Source: Prochlorococcus sp. AG-355-B18 (GTDB lineage: Bacteria; Cyanobacteriota; Cyanobacteriia; PCC-6307; Cyanobiaceae). From it: a stretch of DNA of 64,000 nt. The position numbers were made by a program, and so were the translations under genes. This document shows positions 43,207 to 55,455 of the stretch, one piece after another. The stretch lies in NCBI GenBank assembly GCA_003280965.1, contig QCDI01000003.1, positions 84,837 through 148,836 on the forward strand, in the 5' to 3' direction. Under the pieces are notes generated by a model. It did not search any database, was not told where the DNA came from, and saw nothing but the letters and a program-made list of their open reading frames with translations. How positions within the stretch are numbered: position 1 is the stretch's first letter; every line of letters begins with the position of its first letter.

Positions 43207-45009
43207 TTAATAGCTAGCACCAGTTTTACGGTGATGAACTGCTGTCAGACTATCGGATTTTAGTATATTACCGTGCAGTACTTCAGCGTATATTACCCAA
43301 TGATCCCCACATTCCATTCTCTCTTTTACAGAAGCATCTAACCACGCTAAAGATTCAGGAATAATTATTTGTTCATTAGGAGTTAATTCAATATCTAAAC
43401 CTACAAATCTATCTTCACCTGGTGCAAAGGGTTTTGTGAATCTTTTCAAAGGTTCTTTAAAATCTTTTTCACTTAGAATATTTAATGCGAATGAATCTCC
43501 TATTTGTAGAAGAGACTCTACCGATCTATCTTTTGCCACTGCAATACTTAATCCTGGAGGAGAAAAACTTGCTTGACTAACCCAAGATGCAAGCATAGCT
43601 CCTTTGATATTATTCTCATCTTTGCCTTTAGAGGCAGTTAAAACGCAGAGTGAGCCAATTACTCTTCCAAGAGCTTGTAGCTTTGGATCCGTTTTGCTTG
43701 TAATCATTCCGGCATCTGACTTTCTGGGTTTTTTCTTTGATTTTTTTATAATTTTTCTTCCAAAGTGAGTTCCTATCTCTTCTAGCTCTTTAATCTTTGG
43801 TTTATTTGGACTGAATTTAATTCTTATAGGGTCAAAACTAAACTTAAAACCACCATCTTTTAACTTTGTTTCAAGTAAATCTATAGCTTCGCCGCTCCAG
43901 CCAAAACTACCAAAAATTCCTACTGGTTTATCTCTATTACCCTCTGATAACAAAGTTCCTAGTGCACTTACTATTGGAGTTGGGGCGTGACCACCAAGTG
44001 TAGGAGAGCCTATTAAATATCCATCAGCATTTTGGATAGATTTTACAAGTTCATCATTTGGTGTAAATTCACAATTTATACTTTCAACTTCGACAGAAGT
44101 TCTATTTATCCCTTTAGCTAATGCATCACCTATTGAGGCTGTATTTCCATATGCACTTGCGTATATCAGAGCGATCTTAGGATTATTTGTTGAGAGATTC
44201 TCACCCCATCTAATGTAGTCATTGAAGAAGCTTTTTAAGCTATATTCAATAGCGGGACCATGTAATGGTGCAATAGTTTTAATGTCATAATCTGCAATTT
44301 TTTCAGTTATTGATACTACTTGATTAGACATTGGTGCCATTAAGCAATCGTAAAAATGTTTCCTATCAGTTTCTGTACTAACTCGATTTGTTTCAGACCA
44401 ATCTGCAGAAGCAATGTGAGCAGAAAAAATTTTTTCACTTAGAAGGATTTCTTGATTGCGTTCATAAATGATCAGACCTCCAGGCCAACGTGCTGTTGGA
44501 ATAGGAATTAACTCTAGTGAAATGTTATCTAACTCTAAATTAAGTTCTTTTTTAACTATGTTTATTTTGGGTAATTCAATTTCAACGAAGTCTTTTAAGT
44601 TAGGATTTCTTTGATTCCAAAGTTCATTAATAAGTTTAAAGCCTGGATTAGAGCAAGTAATAGTTGTGTTTTGAAATTTGGTACTTATATTTTTTATAGT
44701 TTGAATAATTTGGGGATTAATATGACCAGAAATGAAATTGATTTTATCTAATTTAAATTGATCGCAAAACCTAGAAATTACTTTATTAAATGAATTTAAA
44801 TATTGTTTCTCAGGTGGATGAATAATAAAAAGTTCCTCATTATTTCTAATGAAAAAAGTATTAAAAGAGGTTCCTTTTTCAAGGTTAAATTCAAGTTCAA
44901 ATCTTTCTTTATTTTGGTCTAAAAATCTTACACAAGAAAAATTATCGGTAATTTCAAATTCTGATAAGTTTTCTTTTTCTGTAAGTAAGCCTATATTTAT
45001 ATCAGACAT
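43207..45009 (-). CDS. flv1: Flavodiiron protein (class C), non-canonical diiron site, Flv1-like
   Basis: Beta-lactamase-like + flavodoxin (YASAYGNT) + flavin reductase domains; GHINPQ replaces HxExDH. Confidence 0.85.
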   Translation of the reverse strand: MSDINIGLLTEKENLSEFEITDNFSCVRFLDQNKERFELEFNLEKGTSFNTFFIRNNEELFIIHPPEKQYLNSFNKVISRFCDQFKLDKINFISGHINPQIIQTIKNISTKFQNTTITCSNPGFKLINELWNQRNPNLKDFVEIELPKINIVKKELNLELDNISLELIPIPTARWPGGLIIYERNQEILLSEKIFSAHIASADWSETNRVSTETDRKHFYDCLMAPMSNQVVSITEKIADYDIKTIAPLHGPAIEYSLKSFFNDYIRWGENLSTNNPKIALIYASAYGNTASIGDALAKGINRTSVEVESINCEFTPNDELVKSIQNADGYLIGSPTLGGHAPTPIVSALGTLLSEGNRDKPVGIFGSFGWSGEAIDLLETKLKDGGFKFSFDPIRIKFSPNKPKIKELEEIGTHFGRKIIKKSKKKPRKSDAGMITSKTDPKLQALGRVIGSLCVLTASKGKDENNIKGAMLASWVSQASFSPPGLSIAVAKDRSVESLLQIGDSFALNILSEKDFKEPLKRFTKPFAPGEDRFVGLDIELTPNEQIIIPESLAWLDASVKERMECGDHWVIYAEVLHGNILKSDSLTAVHHRKTGASY

Positions 45010-45025
45010 TTTAAAGATTTATTTT

Positions 45026-46801
45026 CTAATAATGATTAGCAACTTTTCTGTGATGAACTGCTGTCTTGCATGATAAATCAGAAACATTACCATTTTCAAC
45101 AATCCCGTAAATTATCCAATGATCTGGAGTTTCCATTCTGGAACTAACTTTACAATCTAAAAAGGCGAGTGAATCTGAGAGAACTGGTCCTCCTTCAGCG
45201 ATGTTGCTAATTACATCTACATCTGCAAATCTGTCAGCTCCTGGGGCAAATCTTTTTAAAAAATGTCTGAACATTTTTTGATAGTTATCTTCTCTCAAGA
45301 TATTCACGACGAAACCTTTCCCAACTTGCATATATGATTCAATAGCTCTATCTTTTGCTACCGCAACTGTAATGCCTGGCGGAGAAAAGCTTGCTTGACT
45401 AACCCAACTTGCTACCATTGCACTTTGTCTAAATGTAGAACCTTCCCCTTGGCTCGCTGTAACTACATATAATCCTCCACTTAATCTACCTAACGCTTTA
45501 TCTAAATTTGAATCGAGGCTTTTCATAGAGGCAATATTCTTCTTTTTATTAATCAATTGACCCAAGTCAGTTCCAGCTTCTTCGAATTGTTGATAAACAA
45601 TTGGATCTGGAATATTTCTAACTCTTAGAGGCGAAAATGCCTCTTTCTGTCCTAGTTCTCTTAATTTATTTGCTAGTGAATCTATTGGTTCATCATTTCC
45701 ACCAAATGCATCGTATACAGCCGTAAATTGTTTTGGTTTTAATGCTGCAAACAATGTTCCAAGAGATTCTTTTAAATCGTTATCTGAATCCACTGGCCAT
45801 GTGGGAATAACCACTGCTTTTGATTCAGAAATTAAACTTGTTAATTCTTGAGTGTCAGAAGATCTTAAGTCAATTAATTGAACCTGTGCATCTGCTTTAC
45901 TTATTCCATGAGATATAGCTTGACTTAGTCGATCGCAATATCCATAGTCGCTTATATAACATACCGATACAAATTCATTACCTTTACTTTTATTGCTGCT
46001 CCATTCTAGATATTTTCCTTTCCAAAAATTGACCTGATTATGGAGCAAAGGCCCATGACCAACAGCTATTGTTTTTAATTCAGGTAGCTTATCTATTCTT
46101 TTAATTGCTTGCAGAACGCTTCTAGCGTTTGGACCCATAAGGCAATCGTAATAAAAACGGAAATCATCGTATATTTCTTTTTGATCAGTGTCAAAAAATT
46201 CTTCAGAACAATAATGTAGTCCAAATGCATCGCATGTATAGAGAACATTTGTGCTGTGATCATATGAAAATATGGTATCTGGCCAATGTAAATTTGGTGC
46301 ACTTATAAATTCAATATTATGTTCTAAACCACTATTAGGATTAGTTCCGAGATTTAAAAACTCTCCACTCTTAACCTCTAGATGCTTAAAAGGAATATGA
46401 ATTTGGTCTTCAATAAATTTAAGGGCTAATTTTGATCCAACTACTGTGATATTTTGGTTTAGTTCTAAAAGATTACCTATTAAACCAGAGTGATCAGGTT
46501 CTGTATGGCTTGTAATTAAATAATCAACTTCTTGAGGATTTACCTTTTTCAGTAATTCTTCAAACCATAATTCTCCGAACTTTGCGTGACTAGTATCAAT
46601 AATTGCTAGTTTTTCGCCTTTAATAATAAAACTATTGTAAGTAGTTCCATTTCTTAAACCAAATTCAATATCAAATCTACTGCGATCCCAATCCAAAGAT
46701 CTTATGGCACAAGAATCATCAGCAAAGTTTTGAGATTGAACCGTCAACTTGTTATTAGTTTGTGCCAATTTAGATTTACTTGTCTGGGCAGAGGCTATCA
46801 T
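45026..46801 (-). CDS. flv3: Flavodiiron protein (class C), canonical diiron site, Flv3-like
   Basis: SHTEPDHSG, HWPD, CDAFG, GHG; C-terminal flavin reductase domain. Confidence 0.88.
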   Translation of the reverse strand: MIASAQTSKSKLAQTNNKLTVQSQNFADDSCAIRSLDWDRSRFDIEFGLRNGTTYNSFIIKGEKLAIIDTSHAKFGELWFEELLKKVNPQEVDYLITSHTEPDHSGLIGNLLELNQNITVVGSKLALKFIEDQIHIPFKHLEVKSGEFLNLGTNPNSGLEHNIEFISAPNLHWPDTIFSYDHSTNVLYTCDAFGLHYCSEEFFDTDQKEIYDDFRFYYDCLMGPNARSVLQAIKRIDKLPELKTIAVGHGPLLHNQVNFWKGKYLEWSSNKSKGNEFVSVCYISDYGYCDRLSQAISHGISKADAQVQLIDLRSSDTQELTSLISESKAVVIPTWPVDSDNDLKESLGTLFAALKPKQFTAVYDAFGGNDEPIDSLANKLRELGQKEAFSPLRVRNIPDPIVYQQFEEAGTDLGQLINKKKNIASMKSLDSNLDKALGRLSGGLYVVTASQGEGSTFRQSAMVASWVSQASFSPPGITVAVAKDRAIESYMQVGKGFVVNILREDNYQKMFRHFLKRFAPGADRFADVDVISNIAEGGPVLSDSLAFLDCKVSSRMETPDHWIIYGIVENGNVSDLSCKTAVHHRKVANHY

Positions 46802-46920
46802 AGAATAATTAGCTTTATAAATTAACTTTAGTTATATAGAATATAAATTCGCGTGATTATTTTTGCGAAATAACCGAAATTACGCTTTTCTTTCATTTTT
46901 AACCTTCTTATTCTGGATAA

Positions 46921-49581
46921 ATGACATCTCAACTAATTAAAAAAATAGTTACTGGAGATGAGATAAGAAATGCTTTTTTAAAATTTTACAGTGAAAAATT
47001 ACATAAAATCATTCCAAGTGCATCTTTGATTCCAGATGACCCTACGGTTATGCTCACAATTGCTGGAATGCTACCTTTTAAACCAGTTTTTTTAGGGTTA
47101 AAAGAAAGACCATCAAAAAGGGCTACATCTAGCCAAAAGTGCATCAGAACAAACGATATAGAAAACGTTGGAGTTACAGCTAGACATCACACTTTTTTTG
47201 AAATGCTTGGTAATTTCTCTTTTGGAGATTATTTTAAAAGAGAGGCTATTCAGTGGGCTTGGGAATTAGTTACTAATATTTATCAACTTTCTGGTGAAAA
47301 TATCATTGTGAGTGTTTTTCACGAAGATGAAGAGTCTGCAAAAATTTGGAGAGATGAAATTGGGATTCATCCAGATAGGATAGTGAAACTAGGTGAGGAA
47401 GATAATTTTTGGTCATCTGGCAAAACAGGTCCATGTGGTCCTTGTTCAGAACTTTATTATGATTTTCATCCTGAAAAGGGTCTGCAGAATATTGATTTAG
47501 AAGATGGAGATCGTTTTATTGAATTTTATAATCTTGTTTTTATGCAATATAATCGTGACCCTAATGGAAAATTGACAGATTTAAAATTTAAAAATATTGA
47601 TACAGGAATGGGTCTTGAAAGGATGGCTCAAATACTACAAAAAAAGCAAAATAATTATGAGACAGATTTAATTTTTCCTATCATTCAAAAAATTTGTGAG
47701 ATTGCCAATATTGATTATTTTTCATCAGATGATAAAAGTAAAATTTCTTTAAAAATCATTGGTGATCATACAAGAGCTGTTATTCATTTAATTTCTGATG
47801 GAGTAGCAGCAAGTAATCTCGGCAGGGGATATATATTAAGAAGGCTTATTAGAAGAATGGTCAGACATGGGAGATTATTAGGTATAACAAACGAATTTTT
47901 ATCTCATATTGCTACTGTCGGGATTAATTTAATGCAAAATAATTATCCTGATTTAAAAAATAATAATGATTTAATTTTGAATGAAATAAAAATTGAAGAA
48001 ATAAGATTTAGGGAAACTCTTGAAAGAGGAGAGAAATTGCTAGATGAGTTAATTTCTTCAGGGCAGAAATTAATTTCTGGTTTTAAAGCTTTTGAACTTT
48101 ATGATACTTATGGATTTCCTCTAGAACTTACTATAGAAATTGCTGAAGAAAATAGTATCAGTGTAGATGTAAAGGGTTTTGAAGAAGAAATGAATGCACA
48201 AAAAGAGAGAGCTAAAGCTGCTTCAAGTAATATTGATTTGACATTAGAGGGATCATTAGAGCGAGAAATTGATCTTTTTAACAAAACTGTTTTTAATGGT
48301 TACAATTCACTTCTTTCTGAAGCTGAAATAAAGGGTATATTCTTGGATTCAACATTAGTTAAGCAAGCAAGTGAAGGTCAGAAAGTTTTAATTGTTCTTG
48401 ATCAGACAACTTTTTATGGAGAATCTGGCGGGCAAGTTGGTGATATTGGAACGATATTTTCAAAAGATGTAGAGGTCTTGGTTGATAATGTTATGCGAAA
48501 GAAAAATGTTTTTTTACATTATGGAACGATTAAAAAAGGAATATTAACTATTGGACAAAAAGTTAAGACAAATGTTAGCTCCTCTAATAGAGCTAAGGCT
48601 GCTGCAAATCATACAGCTACTCATTTATTACAATCTGCACTTAAATCAGTTGTTAATGAAAGTGTTGGACAAAAAGGTTCATTAGTAGCCTTTAATAAAT
48701 TACGATTTGACTTTAATTCCTCTAATCCTATTTCTAAAGATCAAATTTCTAAGATTGAGACTTTAGTTAACTCGTGGATTATGGAAAACCATACCCTAGA
48801 AATAAAAAATATGTCTAAGAGTGAGGCTCTTGAAAAGGGCGCAGTCGCCATGTTTGGAGAAAAATATGATGATGAAGTGCGCGTTGTTAATGTACCAGGA
48901 GTTTCAATGGAACTTTGTGGTGGTACACATGTCAAAACTACATCCGAGTTAGGTTCTTTCAAAATAATTAGTGAGGAAGGAATCTCAGCCGGTGTAAGAA
49001 GAATCGAAGCATTATCAGGCCAATCAGCATTAGATTATTTTAGTGATAGAAATGCATTAGTAAATCAACTAAGTGATTTGTTAAAAGCAAATCCTAATCA
49101 ACTTTTTGAAAGAGTTAATAATTTGCAATCAGAGCTCATTAATAAGAATAAAGAGATACAAAAAATGAAAGATGAAATTGCATATTTTAAATACTCTTCT
49201 ATAAAATCATCCGCAGAAATAGTAAATTCTTTTTCAATTTTAGTAAATCAGATTGATGGCTTAGATGGGAATTCTTTGCAATCTGCAGCACTTAATTTAA
49301 CTTCTCATTTGGGAAATAAAGCAATAGTGGTTCTTGGGGGAATACCAAATCCAGATAATAAAAAGTTGTTATTTGTAGTTTCTTTAGGTGGTGATGCAGT
49401 AACAATAGGATTGCATGCAGGTAAATTAATTAATGAGATTGCAAGAATTTGTTCGGGAGGTGGAGGAGGAAAGCCTAACTTTGCTCAAGCAGGTGCTAAA
49501 GATATTGATAAGTTAAGTGATGCTCTAGATTATGCTAAAAATTATTTGCAAAAAACATTAGATAGTCATTCTGATAAATAA
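46921..49581 (+). CDS. alaS: Alanine--tRNA ligase
   Basis: [39 protein letters not shown]. Confidence 0.98.
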   Translation: MTSQLIKKIVTGDEIRNAFLKFYSEKLHKIIPSASLIPDDPTVMLTIAGMLPFKPVFLGLKERPSKRATSSQKCIRTNDIENVGVTARHHTFFEMLGNFSFGDYFKREAIQWAWELVTNIYQLSGENIIVSVFHEDEESAKIWRDEIGIHPDRIVKLGEEDNFWSSGKTGPCGPCSELYYDFHPEKGLQNIDLEDGDRFIEFYNLVFMQYNRDPNGKLTDLKFKNIDTGMGLERMAQILQKKQNNYETDLIFPIIQKICEIANIDYFSSDDKSKISLKIIGDHTRAVIHLISDGVAASNLGRGYILRRLIRRMVRHGRLLGITNEFLSHIATVGINLMQNNYPDLKNNNDLILNEIKIEEIRFRETLERGEKLLDELISSGQKLISGFKAFELYDTYGFPLELTIEIAEENSISVDVKGFEEEMNAQKERAKAASSNIDLTLEGSLEREIDLFNKTVFNGYNSLLSEAEIKGIFLDSTLVKQASEGQKVLIVLDQTTFYGESGGQVGDIGTIFSKDVEVLVDNVMRKKNVFLHYGTIKKGILTIGQKVKTNVSSSNRAKAAANHTATHLLQSALKSVVNESVGQKGSLVAFNKLRFDFNSSNPISKDQISKIETLVNSWIMENHTLEIKNMSKSEALEKGAVAMFGEKYDDEVRVVNVPGVSMELCGGTHVKTTSELGSFKIISEEGISAGVRRIEALSGQSALDYFSDRNALVNQLSDLLKANPNQLFERVNNLQSELINKNKEIQKMKDEIAYFKYSSIKSSAEIVNSFSILVNQIDGLDGNSLQSAALNLTSHLGNKAIVVLGGIPNPDNKKLLFVVSLGGDAVTIGLHAGKLINEIARICSGGGGGKPNFAQAGAKDIDKLSDALDYAKNYLQKTLDSHSDK

Positions 49582-51512
49582 CTACTTTTTCTAAGACTAA
49601 TTTCGATTTGATCCATTAATTTCCTTGCTTCTTCAATAGTTAATTTTTTTTGATCAATTGCTGATTCAGTATTAATTCTTATAGATTCAACCAAAGAAGC
49701 TGAACTGTAATCTAATAATTGTAAAATTTCAGATTTACTGTCCTCTTTAATAATGTTTTTGACTTTATATGAATCATCTTGGTTTATGTCTATGTGAACA
49801 ACGTTTGTACTGCCAAATAAATTGTGCAAGTTTCCTAATGCTTGTTGATAGGCTCCAGTCATAAAAATTCCAATTAGATAATCTTTATCTTCCTCTGGCC
49901 GATGTAAATTTAGTAGTGATTTAATTTTTCCATTATCAATAAAATTATTTAGTTTTCCATCTGAATCACAAGTTAAATCTGCAAAGTTGCCTTTGCAGAA
50001 CGGCTCTTCTAAGTGCCTATGTATTGGTACTATTGGAAAAATCTGATTTATCGCCCAGCTATCTGGTATAGATTGAAAGATAGATAAATTTGCATAATAA
50101 GTTGATGCAAGAGTTTCTGTAATTTCAGATAAATCAGGGTGATTGAGTTCATCATTATTCAGGTTATTAGAAATTTCTTTTGCGCAAGCCCAAGTAAGTT
50201 CTTCGGCATAAGCTCTTTCTGCCAAACTTAAAAATCCTAATCTAAAGGCGACTAAGCAATCTTCTTTAAACTTTTTTGCATCATTCCATAGTTCAATTAT
50301 TTGAGACAAATTTATTTTTTTATTTTTAAGTTTTTTTAATTCATAAAAAGTTTCAAGTAAATTTGAAATTATTAATTGTTGATTTTTTTTATCAAAAATT
50401 TGTAGTTTGGAACTGACATGGCTTGTTCCTAAGACATTAAAAATTAAAACTGAACAATGACTAATTATTGCTCTTCCACTTTCTGAAATTATGGTTGGAT
50501 GCTTGATATTATTTAATTCACATGAATCCTTAATAGTTGCAATTACATCGTTAGCATAATTTTGAAGAGAATAATTAGTAGAGGTGTTGGAGGAGGTTTT
50601 AGTTCCATCAAAATCTATTCCTAATCCTCCCCCAACGTCGATATATTGCATTGGGGCTCCTAGTTTGCATAGTTCAACATATATTTGACTCGCTTCTTGT
50701 AATGCGTCTTTGATCACAGCAATATCGCTTATTTGACTGCCTATATGAAAATGGAGCAATTTCATTTCTTTGATAAGATTTGCTTCTTTTAGTTCTTTTA
50801 TTGTCAACATAATTTCTGGGATTGATAATCCAAATTTGGAATTATCTCCAATAGATTTACTCCACCTACCACTACTTTTACTTGATAACTTTGCTCTAAT
50901 GCCTATCAATGGAGTCGCGTTAAGTTCTCTAACTGCTTGAATAATTCTTTTTACCTCATCTCGTTGTTCAATAACTATTATTGGATTTTTGCCAAGTTTT
51001 CTGGCCAAAGTAGCAATCTCAATATATTTTTTATCTTTATATCCGTTGCATATTAATAATGAATTTTGGTTTTCAAGAAGTGCAAGGCCGATTAATAGTT
51101 CTGATTTACTTCCTACTTCTAAACCAAAATTCCATTGGCTACCAAACTCTATTATCTTTTCAAGTACATTTTTCTGTTGATTACATTTGACAGGAAAAAC
51201 GCCTTGATAAATGTTTTTATATTTATAGGTTTTTATTGCTTTTAAAAAAGATTCATGTAATGCATTTAAGCGATCTTTCAAGATATCATTAAATCTTATG
51301 ATTAATGGAGGATTTATTTCTCTACTCTTAAGTTCTTTGACAAGCTTAAAAAGATCAATCTTATTTTCAGATTTTATATTTTTAGTTACTGATATATTTC
51401 CTTTAGAATTTATAGAAAAATATTTATCTCCCCATTTGTCTATGTTATAAGTTGAAATACTATCTTCAATAGTCCAAATATTCTTTAATTTTTTCGGCTC
51501 AAAATTGGTCAA
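49566..51512 (-). CDS. speA: Biosynthetic arginine decarboxylase
   Basis: FPVKCNQ, GLEVGSK, HFHIGSQ, DVGGGLG, TCDSDG. Confidence 0.96.
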   Translation of the reverse strand: MTNFEPKKLKNIWTIEDSISTYNIDKWGDKYFSINSKGNISVTKNIKSENKIDLFKLVKELKSREINPPLIIRFNDILKDRLNALHESFLKAIKTYKYKNIYQGVFPVKCNQQKNVLEKIIEFGSQWNFGLEVGSKSELLIGLALLENQNSLLICNGYKDKKYIEIATLARKLGKNPIIVIEQRDEVKRIIQAVRELNATPLIGIRAKLSSKSSGRWSKSIGDNSKFGLSIPEIMLTIKELKEANLIKEMKLLHFHIGSQISDIAVIKDALQEASQIYVELCKLGAPMQYIDVGGGLGIDFDGTKTSSNTSTNYSLQNYANDVIATIKDSCELNNIKHPTIISESGRAIISHCSVLIFNVLGTSHVSSKLQIFDKKNQQLIISNLLETFYELKKLKNKKINLSQIIELWNDAKKFKEDCLVAFRLGFLSLAERAYAEELTWACAKEISNNLNNDELNHPDLSEITETLASTYYANLSIFQSIPDSWAINQIFPIVPIHRHLEEPFCKGNFADLTCDSDGKLNNFIDNGKIKSLLNLHRPEEDKDYLIGIFMTGAYQQALGNLHNLFGSTNVVHIDINQDDSYKVKNIIKEDSKSEILQLLDYSSASLVESIRINTESAIDQKKLTIEEARKLMDQIEISLRKSSYLSE

Positions 51513-51634
51513 TTTATGTTTTAGTGATTAATAAATGTTTTTGAAAATAACTCAAAACAATATCTTTTATTTTAATGATTACTTGCCAAGTTACCACCCA
51601 AAAGTTGAATATACATAGAGTGATTATTAACTAA

Positions 51635-52093
51635 ATGACCAAAGAGAGAACTTTTATTGCAATTAAACCAGATGGAGTTCAAAGAGGATATGTTTCTGAG
51701 ATTATTGGCAGATTTGAAAAAAAAGGATTTAAATTGGTTGGATTAAAGCAATTAATTCCTTCAAAAGAACTTGCTCAAAATCATTATGGAGTACATAGAG
51801 AAAGACCCTTTTTTGGTGATTTAGTAGACTTTATTTCGAGTGGTCCTGTTGTAGCAATGGTTTGGGAAGGCGAAGGAGTTATTTTGAGTGCTAGAAAACT
51901 TATAGGTGCAACAAAACCTCTGGAAGCAGAGCCTGGAACAATTAGAGGTGATTTAGCTATTGATATTGGGAGGAATATTATTCATGGTTCTGATGGAGAA
52001 GCTACAGCAAAATTTGAAATTGATCTTTGGTTTAACGAAGAGGAATTATGTGAGTGGGAAACTTCTGATTCGAAATGGCGATCTGAAAATTAA
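51635..52093 (+). CDS. ndk: Nucleoside diphosphate kinase
   Basis: [22 protein letters not shown]. Confidence 0.98.
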   Translation: MTKERTFIAIKPDGVQRGYVSEIIGRFEKKGFKLVGLKQLIPSKELAQNHYGVHRERPFFGDLVDFISSGPVVAMVWEGEGVILSARKLIGATKPLEAEPGTIRGDLAIDIGRNIIHGSDGEATAKFEIDLWFNEEELCEWETSDSKWRSEN

Positions 52094-52096
52094 AAT

Positions 52097-53206
52097 TTAA
52101 ATCGCAAATCTATCTAAACTAAATTTTTCTAAAAAGCTTTTTTCTATTTCTTTTAGATTTTTATTCTGAACTATTTTCAAAAGAAGATCACTTGTTATTG
52201 CAGAAAATAAAACTCCATTTCTGTAATGTCCTGTAGCTATGAAAAGATTTTCAATTTTTGATTTCCCAATTATTGGTTTTAGATCTGGTGTGCAAGGTCT
52301 AAATCCCCACCAATGTTCCATTTGTGGCCAATTAATAGCTTCTGGCAATAATGAGAGAATGCCTTCTTGCAGCTTTTTTATTCCATTAGGAGTATTACCC
52401 TGATTAAATTTTGAATCTTTTTCAACTGTCGCTCCAACTATAATAAGTCCATCATCACGGGGAACTAGATAAGTTTTTGGACCAAAAATAACTCTTTTCA
52501 AAAAATTTGTTGGACCTTGTATTGATAGCATTTGTCCCTTTACAGGAAAGACTGGAATTTTACTAAAAATTTTTTTACTCCAAGCACCGCTGCATATAAT
52601 TGCTTTTTCGCAGTTAATTTTTTTAATTTCCCCAGTTGCACATAAAACGGTTGCACCCGTAATTTTGTTTTTTTCGAATGTCAAATCCTCTACTTCTGAT
52701 CCCTCTTGAAATTCGACTCCATGCAAAGAGCATGCTCTCTCAAGAGCACGCATGAGTCTTCTTCGGTTATCTATTTGACCATCTTGTTCAAAAAGTAAAC
52801 CATGTTTCCAAATAGAATTTATTCCATTAATTTCTGTTTGAAGATCTTTGTGATTTAGATATTTTCCATATTCATACGTGGGAAACTCTTCAAGATCTTC
52901 TTTATTTTTAAAAGGAACTACTATACCACATTTTTTTAAACCGCATTTAATATTACTATCTTGTTCAATACTTTTTATCCACTTTGGAATTAAACTTTGA
53001 CTTGCTTGGCCAAATTTTAGTAATTCATCTTCGAGCCCTTCGGCATGAGTAGCTAACATACCTGCAGCAACAAATCCAGCTGATTCATTTCTGTTTTTGC
53101 TTAAAACTAAAACTTTGAAGTTATTTCTAGAAAATTCATAAGCAATAGATAAACCTAAAAGGCCACCGCCAATAATTAATATTGAATTTTTTGTTTCTTG
53201 TGTCAT
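52097..53206 (-). CDS. thiO: Glycine oxidase (thiamine biosynthesis)
   Basis: GGGLLG, AAGML, PVKGQ, GFRP, GHYRNG. Confidence 0.9.
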   Translation of the reverse strand: MTQETKNSILIIGGGLLGLSIAYEFSRNNFKVLVLSKNRNESAGFVAAGMLATHAEGLEDELLKFGQASQSLIPKWIKSIEQDSNIKCGLKKCGIVVPFKNKEDLEEFPTYEYGKYLNHKDLQTEINGINSIWKHGLLFEQDGQIDNRRRLMRALERACSLHGVEFQEGSEVEDLTFEKNKITGATVLCATGEIKKINCEKAIICSGAWSKKIFSKIPVFPVKGQMLSIQGPTNFLKRVIFGPKTYLVPRDDGLIIVGATVEKDSKFNQGNTPNGIKKLQEGILSLLPEAINWPQMEHWWGFRPCTPDLKPIIGKSKIENLFIATGHYRNGVLFSAITSDLLLKIVQNKNLKEIEKSFLEKFSLDRFAI

Positions 53207-53285
53207 TTAATAATTAATATTTTTATTTGTGTTTTGGTCCTCTTTTCCTTTATATCCAATAATATTAATAAAGAGACTTTTGATA

Positions 53286-54758
53286 ATGAAAAATTTGGAA
53301 TCTTGGGAAGCTGTGATTGGTTTGGAAACTCATGTACAGCTTAATACGAAAAGTAAAATATTCACATCTGCGTCAACAGCTTTTGGTGATGCTCCAAATA
53401 CGCATATAGATCCTGTCGTTTGTGGGTTACCAGGAACTCTTCCAGTTTTGAATGAGACTGTTCTTGAATATGCTGTAAAAACTTCTTTAGCATTAAATTT
53501 AAATGTTGCAGAACATTGTAAATTTGATAGAAAACAATATTTTTATCCTGATCTGCCTAAAAATTATCAAATTTCACAATTTGATGAGCCACTAGCTGAA
53601 AATGGTTGGTTAGAGGTTGAAATAATTGAAAAGGACAAAGAACCTTATATCAAAAAAATTGGTATAGAAAGGTTACATATGGAAGAAGACGCCGGAAAAT
53701 TAGTCCATTCAGGTAGTGACAGATTAGCTGGTTCTAAGTATTCTTTAGTTGATTACAATCGTGCTGGAATAGCTCTTTGTGAGATTGTAAGTAAACCAGA
53801 TATTAGAACAGGTAAAGAGGCATCTGAATATGCTTCAGAGATTAGAAGAACAGTTAGATATCTAGGAGTATCAGACGGAAATATGCAAGAGGGTTCATTG
53901 CGATGTGATGTCAATATTTCTGTTAGAAAAGGACCTAATGCTCCTTTTGGCACCAAAGTGGAAATAAAAAATATGAATTCATTCTCTGCAATTCAAAAGG
54001 CTTGTGATTATGAAATAGCCAGACAAATAGAAGTTTATGAAAAAGGAGGAAAAATTTTCCAAGAAACAAGGTTATGGGATGAAGCTAAGCAATTAACAAA
54101 AAGTATGAGAATGAAAGAAGGCAGCAGTGACTATAGATATTTTCCTGATCCTGACTTAGGACCAATTGAAATTACAAAAGCCCAAAAAGAAATATGGTTA
54201 AAAGAACTCCCAGAATTACCTTCAAAGAAAAGAAATAAATATGTAAGTGAATTTGGGTTATCTGCATATGATGCAAGGGTAATTTCTGATGAAATTAACA
54301 TGGCAAACTTTTTTGAAGAAACAGTAGCTAATGGTGCTGAGGCCAAACTAGCTTCAAATTGGGTAACAAGTGATATTGTGGGTTACTTAAAAGCAAATAA
54401 ACTTAGTTTCAGTGACTTAAAACTTAGTCCTAAAAATCTTTCTGAAATGATTAGCCTGATTTCAAATAACACTATCAGTGGAAAAATTGCAAAAGAAATT
54501 TTACCTGAACTAATTCAAAAAAATATTTCTCCGAAAAAATTAGTTAAAGAAAAAGGGTTAGCTATGATATCTGATTCTTCAAGTATTTTACCAATAATTG
54601 ATGAACTGATAACTGAACATCCAGATGAGGTTCAAGCATTTAGAAATGGTAAAACTAAATTACTTGGTTTTTTTGTTGGTCAACTTATGAAAAGAACAAA
54701 AGGTAAAGCTGACCCTAAACTTGCAAATAAACTTCTTGCAGAAAAATTGAAAAGCTAA
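53286..54758 (+). CDS. gatB: Asp/Glu-tRNA amidotransferase subunit B
   Basis: IGLETHVQL, FYPDLPKNYQISQ, DYRYFPDPDL; start at ATG 53286. Confidence 0.97.
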   Translation: MKNLESWEAVIGLETHVQLNTKSKIFTSASTAFGDAPNTHIDPVVCGLPGTLPVLNETVLEYAVKTSLALNLNVAEHCKFDRKQYFYPDLPKNYQISQFDEPLAENGWLEVEIIEKDKEPYIKKIGIERLHMEEDAGKLVHSGSDRLAGSKYSLVDYNRAGIALCEIVSKPDIRTGKEASEYASEIRRTVRYLGVSDGNMQEGSLRCDVNISVRKGPNAPFGTKVEIKNMNSFSAIQKACDYEIARQIEVYEKGGKIFQETRLWDEAKQLTKSMRMKEGSSDYRYFPDPDLGPIEITKAQKEIWLKELPELPSKKRNKYVSEFGLSAYDARVISDEINMANFFEETVANGAEAKLASNWVTSDIVGYLKANKLSFSDLKLSPKNLSEMISLISNNTISGKIAKEILPELIQKNISPKKLVKEKGLAMISDSSSILPIIDELITEHPDEVQAFRNGKTKLLGFFVGQLMKRTKGKADPKLANKLLAEKLKS

Positions 54759-54762
54759 AGCT

Positions 54763-55380
54763 TCAAAGAAGCTCTCTTATTGTCTGGATCCATTTATTTT
54801 GATCATCTGAATTGTCTAAAATAATGTCTGAAAATTTTCTTTTTTCTTCAAAACTTAATTGAAGATTTATGCAGTCATATGCCTCTTTTTCACAAATTTT
54901 ATCTCTTGTGATAAGTCTTTTTTTTTGTAGTTCTTTAGGACATTTAACTAACCATATTTCAGTGCAAATATCTTCAAATTTTGCTTCAAATAATAATGGA
55001 ATAACCAATACTATAGTTTGATTATTTTTGTATTTACTACATTCTTCTATCATTTTTTCTTTAATTAATGGGTGCAGTAGTTTTTCAATCCATTCTTTAC
55101 TTTCAGAATGTTTAAAAATAATGTTCCTTAAAAGTTTTCTGTTTATTGCCCTTTCTGAATTGTTCTTATGATCAATAATTTTATTTCCAAAATAATCTAA
55201 AATTTTCTTATATCCATATGTATTTGGTTTGATTAATTCTCTTGATAAATTATCTGCATCTAATATTGGAATGTTTTTATATTTTTTAATGTAATTAGTT
55301 ATGGTTGTCTTCCCACTAGCAATACCTCCTGTTAAACCAATTCTTCTTTGGTTGTTTTTTGATTTTTGAAGAATATCCAT
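54763..55380 (-). CDS. coaE: Dephospho-CoA kinase
   Basis: IGLTGGIASGKT, LLHP, PLLFE. Confidence 0.95.
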   Translation of the reverse strand: MDILQKSKNNQRRIGLTGGIASGKTTITNYIKKYKNIPILDADNLSRELIKPNTYGYKKILDYFGNKIIDHKNNSERAINRKLLRNIIFKHSESKEWIEKLLHPLIKEKMIEECSKYKNNQTIVLVIPLLFEAKFEDICTEIWLVKCPKELQKKRLITRDKICEKEAYDCINLQLSFEEKRKFSDIILDNSDDQNKWIQTIRELL

Positions 55381-55455
55381 ATAATTAATAATAATCTAAT
55401 TACCTGTTTCTTTAGTATTAAAGAGTAGTTAGTATGAATTAAAATACTAAAAATT

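Noticed and set aside
43207..45009. Loss of canonical diiron ligands in one flavodiiron protein as pseudogenisation
   Set aside because: Known property of the Flv1-type partner in cyanobacterial Flv1/Flv3 pairs; ORF is intact
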